Positions 39,610-47,540 of a DNA stretch of 64,000 nucleotides are shown here, piece by piece. How positions within the stretch are numbered: position 1 is the stretch's first letter; every line of letters begins with the position of its first letter. A program made the translations under genes and the position numbers. Source of the stretch: Acidobacteriota bacterium (GTDB lineage Bacteria > Acidobacteriota > Thermoanaerobaculia > Multivoradales > UBA5704); contig JBDTZG010000011.1 in assembly GCA_040005235.1 (NCBI GenBank), forward strand, positions 57,785-121,784, written 5' to 3'. Below the pieces are notes generated by a model. That model saw nothing but the letters and a program-made list of their open reading frames with translations. It was not told where the DNA came from and did not search any database.

Positions 39610-40389
39610 GTGACGACGCGAAGGCCCGCTCCGTCGGCATCGGCCGCTTCGATCCCTTCGAACGCCGATCTGCTCGCCGTCGCCGGGCTCGGCAAGAGTT
39701 ACGGCCGGCGGCGGGTGCTCGACGCAGTGAGCTTTTCGGTCCGGCCGGGCGAGGTGCTCGGCCTGGTCGGACCGAACGGCGCGGGCAAGACCACCCTGTT
39801 CAGTTGCCTGGCCGGCATCCTTCCCACAGCCCCGGAGGATGCCGGCCGGGTGGTGGACGGCCAGGGCCGAACGCTCCCGCCGGGCGGTCGCCGGGATCTC
39901 CTTTTTTTCCTTCCCGACGGCATTCTCCCTTGGCCGGAGCAGAGTTTGGATCAACTGCTCGCCCGTTGGCGCGACCTCTGGGGCGCACCCTCGACGCGCG
40001 AGCCCTCGCTCGAAACCCTTCTCGAACGGTTGGATTTGAAACGCCTTCGCGGCGCGGCGGCGGAGTCGCTCTCGAAAGGCGAGCGCAAGCGTTTTCTCCT
40101 CGCGCTCAGCCTGCTGACTCCCCAGCCGTTGCTGCTGCTCGACGAGCCGTTCGACGGCCTCGACCTGCGCCAGACCCGCGATGTGGCCGCCCTATTGAAA
40201 GAGGTCGCGGCGGCGGGGCGCACGCTCTTTCTTTCGATCCACCAGCTGGTGGACGCCGGACGCGTTTGCGACCGAATCGTCATGCTGGCCGACGGCAAAG
40301 TCGCGGGGGTGGGCACGCTCGACGAGCTGCGCGAACGGGCGGGCCTGGTCCAGGGCACTCTCGAAGAGGTGTTTCTTGTCCTCACGTAA
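39610..40389 (+). CDS. ABC transporter ATP-binding protein
   Basis: GPNGAGKTT, LSKGERKR, LLLDEPFDGLD. Confidence 0.92.
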   Translation: MTTRRPAPSASAASIPSNADLLAVAGLGKSYGRRRVLDAVSFSVRPGEVLGLVGPNGAGKTTLFSCLAGILPTAPEDAGRVVDGQGRTLPPGGRRDLLFFLPDGILPWPEQSLDQLLARWRDLWGAPSTREPSLETLLERLDLKRLRGAAAESLSKGERKRFLLALSLLTPQPLLLLDEPFDGLDLRQTRDVAALLKEVAAAGRTLFLSIHQLVDAGRVCDRIVMLADGKVAGVGTLDELRERAGLVQGTLEEVFLVLT

Positions 40390-41716
40390 AAATTCTTCCG
40401 GAATCGGCGCGTTGTTCCGCCTCGATCTCGGCGAACTGGTCGCCGCGCGATCGTTCTGGCTGCTGCTCGCGATGATTGGCCCGCTGGTGGGGCAGGCGTT
40501 CATCACCGCCGTGGCCTCCTACGCCGAGGCGAGCGGCGCGGGGGGTGGACCGGCGGCGCTCGCTCAGGGGCTCTCGCCGCTCGATGGGATCGTCGTGCCG
40601 ACGTTCGGCGCCTATGACCTCGCGGTCACGTTTCTGCTGCCGTTCGTCGCGATCCGGCTGCTCGCGGCGGAGCGCGAAAGCGGCGCGGCGCTGCTGCTCG
40701 CTCAGGGCCGCGTGAGCCTGCCCGCGCGGCTGGCGGTCAAGCTCGCCGTGCTCGGGTTGGGCGGTCTCGCCGCCGCGATTCCGGGCCTCCTGGCGCTCGG
40801 GCTTTGGCGTTCCTACGGCGGTCATCTCGGCGGGGCGGAGACGGCGAACGTCCTGCTCGGCCACTTGCTTCACGCGCTGCTCGCGACCGGGATCGCTTTT
40901 GCCGCCGCCGCGGTCTGCCGTTCGAGCGCGAGCGCGGCGATCGCGACGCTCGGCCTCACGGTCGGGGGCTGGGCGCTCGACTTCATCGCCGCCGGTCGCT
41001 CCGGCTGGATCGCCGAAGCCGCCCTCTTCACCCCCGCCGCGGCGCTCCGGCGCTTCGAACAGGGGGATCTGTCGATCGCGCTGCTCGCGGCGTTGGCCGT
41101 AGCGACCCTCGGAGCGCTCGGCTTTGCCGCATTCGAGCTCGATCTCTACGCCGGCCCCGAGAAGCGCCACCTGCGCGCGGGGTTGGCGATCGTCCTGGCG
41201 GTCGGCGCCATCGGCGGCATCGCAGGGATCTCGACGCTGCGCGCCGGCTGGGACCTTTCCGAGGACCGCCGCAGCTCGTTTTCTCGAGCGGACGAGGCTG
41301 CCTTGCGGCAAATCGAGAAGCCCGTCAAGGTGAGCGCGAACCTCGCGGCGGAAGACCCGCGGCTCACCGATCTCGAACGCAACGTCCTCTCGAAGCTCCG
41401 CCGCGTGCTCCCCGATTTTTCGGTCACGCTCGCCGCCGCCGGCCGCTCCGGTCTGTTCGACGGCCCGGGCTATGGCGAGGTCTGGTACCAGGTGGGCACG
41501 AAGCGCGCGATGCTCCGCTCGACGATCGAGCCGGTCGTCCTCGCCCAGCTCTACGAGCTGGCGGGAGTAGCGCCACCCGCCTCGGACTCCGACCCGGCCT
41601 ACCCTGGTTACCCGCTCGCCGCCTTCCCCCGCGGCGCGGCCCCGCTCTTCTATATCGCCTGGCCGCTGGTCGCGGGCCTCGCGTTCTTTACTCGCGACCG
41701 CTGGAGATCGAAATGA
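40376..41716 (+). CDS. ABC-2 permease with GldG-like soluble domain
   Basis: Multiple TM helices, AAERESG, WDLSEDRRSSFS. Confidence 0.8.
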   Translation: MSSRKNSSGIGALFRLDLGELVAARSFWLLLAMIGPLVGQAFITAVASYAEASGAGGGPAALAQGLSPLDGIVVPTFGAYDLAVTFLLPFVAIRLLAAERESGAALLLAQGRVSLPARLAVKLAVLGLGGLAAAIPGLLALGLWRSYGGHLGGAETANVLLGHLLHALLATGIAFAAAAVCRSSASAAIATLGLTVGGWALDFIAAGRSGWIAEAALFTPAAALRRFEQGDLSIALLAALAVATLGALGFAAFELDLYAGPEKRHLRAGLAIVLAVGAIGGIAGISTLRAGWDLSEDRRSSFSRADEAALRQIEKPVKVSANLAAEDPRLTDLERNVLSKLRRVLPDFSVTLAAAGRSGLFDGPGYGEVWYQVGTKRAMLRSTIEPVVLAQLYELAGVAPPASDSDPAYPGYPLAAFPRGAAPLFYIAWPLVAGLAFFTRDRWRSK

Positions 41717-42696
41717 ACCGAACCGGTCTAATCGCGCTGCCCGCCCTCGCCGCTCTCCTGATCACCCTCCCGGTCCTCGGCGCGCCGCCCAAATCGGCCG
41801 CCAAGCCCGCAGCCAAACCGAAACCCGCGGCGAAAGCCGCGCCGAAGAAAGCCGAAAACTCGCCCGTCCGGGTCGATCTGTCGAAAGAAAAAGTAGGGAC
41901 CGAGCCGGTCCGCTTCCTCGCGATGGTCGGCGACTGGTCGATCGCCAAAGAGGAAGGAAAACCGGTGCTCCTAGTCGACGGCCGCACCTGGAAGAACGGC
42001 CAGCCGGCCGGAGGCCTCGCCGACAAGGCCCGAGCGATCTACGGCTCGCGCCACGAGGAGTTCATCGACAACGTCAAGGCGTTCGCCTACTTCCCCTACG
42101 CCGTGGCGCAGGACATTCCCGAATTTCACGACGGCACGATCGAAATCCGCTTTCGCCTCCTGGGCGGAGCGCTCGACCAGTGTGCGGGAATCCTGTTCAA
42201 CCTGAAGCCGAACGGCGACTACCTCGCGGTGCGCGTCAACGGCAAAGAAGACAACCTCGTGCTCTGGAACTTCGAAAACGGCAAGCGCAGCTTCGTCCAA
42301 AAAGGCGTCCACGACGCCCCGATCCCCTTCAAGCTGTGGCACACGATGAAGATCGCCGTCCACGGAACCAAGCTCGAAGCCTGGTACGACGGCGAGAAGC
42401 TGCTCGACCGAACGTTAGTAGCGCCGGTCACCGGAAGGGTTGGAGTCTGGTCGAAAACCGACAGCGTCTCGGAGTTCGCCGACTACGTGGTAACGCCCGA
42501 AGCGGCGCCGGCGGCTGCGGTTCCGGCTCCGGTGAAGGCGCCCTCGAAGCGGGCTGCTCGTATCTCACAAACCGCCGGCTCGGGCCGGCGGTTTTCTCTG
42601 CCACTCGATGGAAAATCGAGTTATGGAACCAGCTCCAAGGTCGCGACCGTCAGCACGTCGTCTTTCACTTCGCCGGTCACGTCGGCGCGCAGGTGA
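41713..42696 (+). CDS. Secreted DUF1080-like (concanavalin fold) protein
   Basis: Signal peptide; DQCAGILF, WHTMKIAVHG, GRVGVWSKTDSVSEF; 3' tail overlaps the convergent gene. Confidence 0.7.
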   Translation: MNRTGLIALPALAALLITLPVLGAPPKSAAKPAAKPKPAAKAAPKKAENSPVRVDLSKEKVGTEPVRFLAMVGDWSIAKEEGKPVLLVDGRTWKNGQPAGGLADKARAIYGSRHEEFIDNVKAFAYFPYAVAQDIPEFHDGTIEIRFRLLGGALDQCAGILFNLKPNGDYLAVRVNGKEDNLVLWNFENGKRSFVQKGVHDAPIPFKLWHTMKIAVHGTKLEAWYDGEKLLDRTLVAPVTGRVGVWSKTDSVSEFADYVVTPEAAPAAAVPAPVKAPSKRAARISQTAGSGRRFSLPLDGKSSYGTSSKVATVSTSSFTSPVTSARR

Positions 42697-42968
42697 TCCT
42701 TCTTCGTCGAGGCCTTGAGCGCGGCGAGCGCTTTTTCGGAACCGGCCGCGTCGAGCTTCAGGTACTTGCCTTCGGGGGTGTAGATGCCGTAACCGGTCTT
42801 CGAGCATTGGAGCGCGCAGTCGCGGGTGTGGGAATCGGGATTCGCCTTGGCCTTTACGGAGCAGCCTTGATCGATCAGCGAGACGTTCTTCCAGGTGGCG
42901 GCGGATGCCGGAATCGCGAGCAGCGCGAGGACGAAAGCGGCGGCGAGGGCGGTGCGTGTACGGTTCAT
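42621..42968 (-). CDS. Small periplasmic protein with H/C motif
   Basis: Signal peptide; DQGC...HTRDCALQC..TGYG. Confidence 0.75.
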   Translation of the reverse strand: MNRTRTALAAAFVLALLAIPASAATWKNVSLIDQGCSVKAKANPDSHTRDCALQCSKTGYGIYTPEGKYLKLDAAGSEKALAALKASTKKDHLRADVTGEVKDDVLTVATLELVP

Positions 42969-42996
42969 GGTCTTCTCCTCTTGGGGGTTGAGATTT

Positions 42997-43395
42997 TCAG
43001 CGCGCGGGGGGAACGGTCGCACGCCATTCGGTGAGCTTGGCGAGGGTGAAGGCGCCGAGCGCGAGCACCACGTCGCGGACGGCGAGGTCGAAGAACATGC
43101 CGGTCGAGACCAGCTGGAGCGCGATCGCGAGCAGCCAGGCGGCGACGATGTAAGCTCCGAGCCGGGGCCACTTGGTGAGCACGAGCAGGCCCGCGATCAT
43201 TTCGATGACGCCGATCACGCCGAAGAAGGTGGCGGAAGAGACCGGCAGCAGGTTGGCCATCCAGGGGGCCAGGTACATGTCCCAATTGGTGAGTAGGTTG
43301 AAGAACTTGTCGAGGCCGGCGAGAAACGCCATCAGGCCGAAGCCGATGCGGAGCAGCCGGCGCGCGAGGTCGAGACCGTTTTCGGTGGTGGTCAT
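42997..43395 (-). CDS. DoxX-family membrane protein
   Basis: AGLDKFFNLLTNWDMYLAP, GVIEMIAG, DLAVRD; GGAGG RBS. Confidence 0.85.
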   Translation of the reverse strand: MTTTENGLDLARRLLRIGFGLMAFLAGLDKFFNLLTNWDMYLAPWMANLLPVSSATFFGVIGVIEMIAGLLVLTKWPRLGAYIVAAWLLAIALQLVSTGMFFDLAVRDVVLALGAFTLAKLTEWRATVPPAR

Positions 43396-43414
43396 GGTGA
43401 ATTCCTCCCACCCG

Positions 43415-43496
43415 TACAGAGCGGGTAGGCGGCGATCGGTTACAAACCGGCCGGCGAAAGATTCTTTGTAACCTTTCGCCTTTCTCCGACTCTGTA
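43415..43496. promoter_or_regulatory. Back-to-back ECF-type promoters
   Basis: TTTGTAACC-N2-TCGCC-N5-CC-N2-CTCTGTA on + (43465-43496) and on - (43446-43415). Confidence 0.75.
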
Positions 43497-43503
43497 GGTG
43501 GAG

Positions 43504-44313
43504 ATGAACGCGCTCGATCTCGCTATCGCGGCTCCCAAGGCTCCCATCGCGCCGCTGTCGATCCCACAGGAGCTTTCGGACGAGGCGCTCGCGCGCCGGA
43601 TCGTCTCGGGCGAAAAGGAGCTGTTCGAGCTGCTGATGCGGCGGCACAACCAGCGCCTGTTCCGCGTCGCGCGCGGCGTGGTCGACAGCGATCTCGAAGC
43701 CGAGGACGTCCTACAGGATGCCTGGGTGCGCGCCTACGAGCACCTCGCGGAGTTCCGCGGCGAGGCGCAGCTGACCACCTGGCTGTCGAAGATCGCGCTC
43801 TACGAGGCGTTCGCGCGGAAGCGGCGCGAGCAGCGCTTCGTGGACCTGGCCAGCGTGGATCGCCATTCTGCGGAGGACCTCAAGATGTCCGGAGTCGACG
43901 AGCCCAAGACCGCAGAACCCGACCCCGAGCATGCCGCCTTGAACGGCGAGCTACGCGCGGCACTCGAGCGGGCGGTGGGGGCGATGCCCTCTCGCTATCG
44001 CGCGGTCTTCCTGATGCGCGAGGTCGAAGGGCTGTCGACCGCGGAAACCGCCGCAAGCCTCGACCTCTCGCTCGAAGCGGTGAAGGTCCGCCTCCATCGC
44101 GCCCGCGCCCGTCTGCGCAGCGACCTCGAACGCCGCCTGGGGCTCGTAGCCCACGGGGCCTTCAGCTTCGCCGCACACCGCTGCGACCGAGTGGTGGCGG
44201 GCGTGTTGGCGCGAATCGGCAGCCGGGAAGATTCTGCTCAACCTATTGGGTTCGGCGAACGATCGCCTCAACGATCGACTCAGCGAGAAGACCACCGAGC
44301 AGAGTCACCATGA
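43504..44313 (+). CDS. ECF RNA polymerase sigma factor
   Basis: FELLMRRHNQRLFRVAR, AEDVLQDAW, AVFLMREVEGLSTAETA, VKVRLHRAR; C-terminal FAAHRCDR extension. Confidence 0.93.
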   Translation: MNALDLAIAAPKAPIAPLSIPQELSDEALARRIVSGEKELFELLMRRHNQRLFRVARGVVDSDLEAEDVLQDAWVRAYEHLAEFRGEAQLTTWLSKIALYEAFARKRREQRFVDLASVDRHSAEDLKMSGVDEPKTAEPDPEHAALNGELRAALERAVGAMPSRYRAVFLMREVEGLSTAETAASLDLSLEAVKVRLHRARARLRSDLERRLGLVAHGAFSFAAHRCDRVVAGVLARIGSREDSAQPIGFGERSPQRSTQREDHRAESP

Positions 44314-45892
44314 ACATGCCAACGAAACTGACAATGGGAATGGCCGAAAGATCCTGCCAAATGTTTGCCGAAGGCGCGATTTTTTCGAGCCACGTGAGTT
44401 TGTTGAACACCGCCAGGAGTAGGACCAGGACGCCGACAAATCCACCTACTGTGAGAGTGCGCACCAACGGAGCCTTGCGTCCGCCCTTGAAGGTTCGCCG
44501 TATCAAGCTCCCGACGAATCCACCTCCGAGCGCAACGGCGATCATCCATAAGTCGAGCTGATAGGAAATGGTTTTGGTGGCGTCATCCAGGTGAGGAGCG
44601 CTGGCTCGGATCGTGTACCTGCCGTGACGATCGAGAGTCAGCTCCACCGGAGCTTCCTCCTCGTTGGGAAGAATCGTCACCTCTTTCATTTGCGTCTCGG
44701 CATCTCCCTGGACGAACACCTTTACCTTAACCAGGGAAGCAGCCGGAACGGCCTGGTTCTTGGCATTTAACAAACGGACGGAATATTGAGGTTTGACCAC
44801 GGAGAGGCCGGTATAGGTCTCTCGTCCCCACAAGTCGAGGTGAGTGGGATCGTCGGCTAAGAAATGCACTTTGACCGGCACCGAGCTTCCGCCGCTATAC
44901 AGCGCGGTGATGCTCAACTCGCCGCGACGGAGCGCACGTATCACCGCGGGTTGCGAGGCAACGATTTCGTTCTGAGGAATCGTCAGGTTTAGGGGCAGGA
45001 CGTCGCCCCCCGGCCCTTCGGCGATCAGGCGAAGGTTCACCGCTTGGGCGGCGGGTATCGGTACTCGGTTTGGGCCTTGGACCCAGAAAGCATCGAGTCG
45101 CGAGACCGGCCAGCCGGTCTCCTCTCTCTCGATCTCGGCCTGCTGAGGGATGAGCTCGACCCGCGGACTTAAGATAGAAGCGGCGGGTGGCATGGTGGGC
45201 ATTGACGCCGAGGGCGAAGGTACCTGGTGGTTCGACTCTGGTGCCTCCGAAGGATTGGCGCCATTCGACGCGACTTCGCCGGTTTTCTCACGAACCCGCG
45301 ACTCAAGATCCTGGATGGCCTCTTGCCATCGAGTCTCAGGCCGCGAGCGAGCCTCGTCGTAAGACAAGGTCTTGAAGCTTCCCTCGCCAACGCTCAGCGG
45401 CTCCGCTCCGGAGGGTAGCGCCACCGCAACTTCTACCGGGAGGCCAACCGGCTCCGAAGTCATTTCTGACGTTTGACCAGAAGTAGGCTCCTCTACGGCG
45501 CTTCGGATTGCAGCTACGCCATGTCCTGCGCTCATCCCCTCGGCCCGCACTTCAATCCCGACTAAACCGGGCTCCTTCGGCGTGACGACAACATCCACAC
45601 CCGAGTCGCCCGCCTTCAACTCGATCGTACGGGGCAAGCCAAATTCGCTATCGCTGGCGAGATCAAGGGTGAGCGGCCGAGGGGTGGGCGAGGCCTTGGC
45701 CTCGGAGTCCGTCAAACGTATTTCGATCTGCCCCGGATGCCCTGCCAGAAACCCCTTATCCGGAAATCGAATCTCTAAACGCGAAGGCGGCGCGCTCACC
45801 TCTAGTCGAGCCTCTGTGCATCCGCTCGACAGGGCGACACAAATCAACATCTGAACCAAGCATGAGCGCATGGTGTGGGCGATCCTCGACAA
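44243..45892 (-). CDS. Hypothetical membrane-anchored protein with Ig-like domains
   Basis: Lipobox-like LSSGC, beta-rich domains, three C-terminal TM helices; lower GC. Confidence 0.65.
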   Translation of the reverse strand: MSRIAHTMRSCLVQMLICVALSSGCTEARLEVSAPPSRLEIRFPDKGFLAGHPGQIEIRLTDSEAKASPTPRPLTLDLASDSEFGLPRTIELKAGDSGVDVVVTPKEPGLVGIEVRAEGMSAGHGVAAIRSAVEEPTSGQTSEMTSEPVGLPVEVAVALPSGAEPLSVGEGSFKTLSYDEARSRPETRWQEAIQDLESRVREKTGEVASNGANPSEAPESNHQVPSPSASMPTMPPAASILSPRVELIPQQAEIEREETGWPVSRLDAFWVQGPNRVPIPAAQAVNLRLIAEGPGGDVLPLNLTIPQNEIVASQPAVIRALRRGELSITALYSGGSSVPVKVHFLADDPTHLDLWGRETYTGLSVVKPQYSVRLLNAKNQAVPAASLVKVKVFVQGDAETQMKEVTILPNEEEAPVELTLDRHGRYTIRASAPHLDDATKTISYQLDLWMIAVALGGGFVGSLIRRTFKGGRKAPLVRTLTVGGFVGVLVLLLAVFNKLTWLEKIAPSANIWQDLSAIPIVSFVGMFMVTLLGGLLAESIVEAIVRRTQ

Positions 45893-45962
45893 TAGAGACG
45901 GAATCTGCGCGAAAATTCCGAGGAGAAAGCCCGCGCAACGCCGCGAACAAGCTCAATTGTCC

Positions 45963-46013
45963 CTGCGCGACGACCTCGAAAGGCGTTTGGGTTCGTCTCC
46001 CATGAGGCGTTCA
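45963..46013 (+). pseudogene. Remnant of an ECF sigma 3' end
   Basis: Aligns to 44113-44164 (LRDDLERRLG/FVSHEAF vs LRSDLERRLGLVAHGAF) with a 1-nt gap. Confidence 0.65.
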
Positions 46014-46019
46014 AGAATC

Positions 46020-47327
46020 TCAGCGACTGTAGGGATGTTCGTGGATCCAGTGAAACCCCTTACTCACCAGTCGGAATTCAGGGGGGTCGATCCGGCGTAG
46101 TTGCGCCTGGACGGCGTGACCGTCGAACGTCCCTTCGATCGCGAGGGTCTTCGGATCGATACGCCGGTACGTAAGCACGGAGCTCCAGCGGGGATCGTCG
46201 ATCTTCGCCAGAGACAGCCGCAGAGCGCCGAAATTCGGCTCGAGTTGGAAGCGCTCCCGCGAGCCGCTGGTGAGGATGGCCAGGGTGTGGGGCTGATCGA
46301 ATACCACTCGCCGCCAGCGGGTCTCATCAGTGAAAGATAGCGGACGCTCTTCCCCGTCGAGAAAGAATTCCTCGACGTTCCAGATGCCGTAGAGAGGCCG
46401 CTTCGGCGCTTGTCCCAACCGCTGCCACCGCTCGCGCGCCTGCAGCAATGGGGCGACGGCGAAAGCGAGGATGAAGATCATGGGCAGTGCTGGTCTTGCC
46501 CAGCGCAGCCACTTTTTTTCGACGTACGGCCGAGCCGGGGCGGCCTCCACCGGGCGACCGAAAACGAAAAGGTTGGCCAACCTTCTCAGATCGGGGAGGA
46601 CGATGAAGACAGCCAGCACGAGGAGGTGAGAGGAAAACAGCTTGAGCGGCACGTCGTAGCAAAAATTCAGCACGACGACGTGGGTGAACACACCGACGCC
46701 GACCAAAGCTCCCAACAGCGCGGTTCGACGGAAGACGAGAAGGAACCCACCGAGCATCTCGGCCAGGCCGGAAAAGACTTTGTAGGCGACCGATGCCGCC
46801 ATGAAGGACCAGAAAAAACCCTCCGGAGAGGAGTCCCCGATGGGTTGCAGAAGGCGGTCGAGCGTCAGGCTCCCGCCCTGGAGCGGAAAGACTTTGATCG
46901 AACCATAGGCGAACATCCAAAAAGCGAGCGCGAAGCGAACGTAAACGTGGAGCGCCCCCTGGAGCCGTGCGTAATGGGGGCGCTTCCGATCGAGAAGCGT
47001 CCAGATCGCCGTCGCCGTCAACGCCAACAAGAAGAAGCAAAACACCTGGACGTAGTTGTACGTCGTATCGCCGCTGCCGTTGGGGAGCACGCTGGCATCC
47101 GCTTGGAACACCGCTGCGCCCACCCAAGGGACGAGAGAATCCCAGAACGCCAGATAGGGCCGGACGACGAAATCGGGGAGCGGCACGAAGTTCAGGAAGT
47201 ACAGGGCATAGGTGGTGGTACACAGGAGGAGGTAGGCGAAGGCGAAACGGAAGAGAATTCGCCGGGCCAGACTCCAGCGGGGAGGCACCGGAGAATCGGG
47301 CTCCAAACGAATCACGGGGTCGGCCAT
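46020..47327 (-). CDS. Long DoxX-family membrane protein
   Basis: NGSGDTTYNYV, YGSIKVFPLQ, LNFCYDVPLKLFS, FRLVSKGFHWI. Confidence 0.82.
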   Translation of the reverse strand: MADPVIRLEPDSPVPPRWSLARRILFRFAFAYLLLCTTTYALYFLNFVPLPDFVVRPYLAFWDSLVPWVGAAVFQADASVLPNGSGDTTYNYVQVFCFFLLALTATAIWTLLDRKRPHYARLQGALHVYVRFALAFWMFAYGSIKVFPLQGGSLTLDRLLQPIGDSSPEGFFWSFMAASVAYKVFSGLAEMLGGFLLVFRRTALLGALVGVGVFTHVVVLNFCYDVPLKLFSSHLLVLAVFIVLPDLRRLANLFVFGRPVEAAPARPYVEKKWLRWARPALPMIFILAFAVAPLLQARERWQRLGQAPKRPLYGIWNVEEFFLDGEERPLSFTDETRWRRVVFDQPHTLAILTSGSRERFQLEPNFGALRLSLAKIDDPRWSSVLTYRRIDPKTLAIEGTFDGHAVQAQLRRIDPPEFRLVSKGFHWIHEHPYSR

Positions 47328-47476
47328 GTCGCTCTCCTTTCGCCCAAGCGGTCGTTGCGCGCGGCTTGGTTAGAAGATTGGATCGAGCGATGCAGGCATC
47401 GGTTCCCCTGGCAGAACTGTTACCCGACGTAGCGTGATCATGGCGCACCGGCCCCGGCCGCGAGGGGCGTAGCGTC

Positions 47477-47492
47477 TGGCACCCGCCGTGCT
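47477..47492 (+). promoter_or_regulatory. Putative sigma54 promoter
   Basis: TGGCACCCGCCGTGCT (GG-N10-GC) upstream of GGAGG RBS and TTG 47541. Confidence 0.6.
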
Positions 47493-47540
47493 TAATACCT
47501 CCGTGTCGTTCTGTCGTCATCTCTTGGAGGAGGTATCCCA

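Noticed and set aside
42500-42696. 76-bp overlap of convergent genes
   Set aside because: Likely stop-codon drift giving an unstructured tail.
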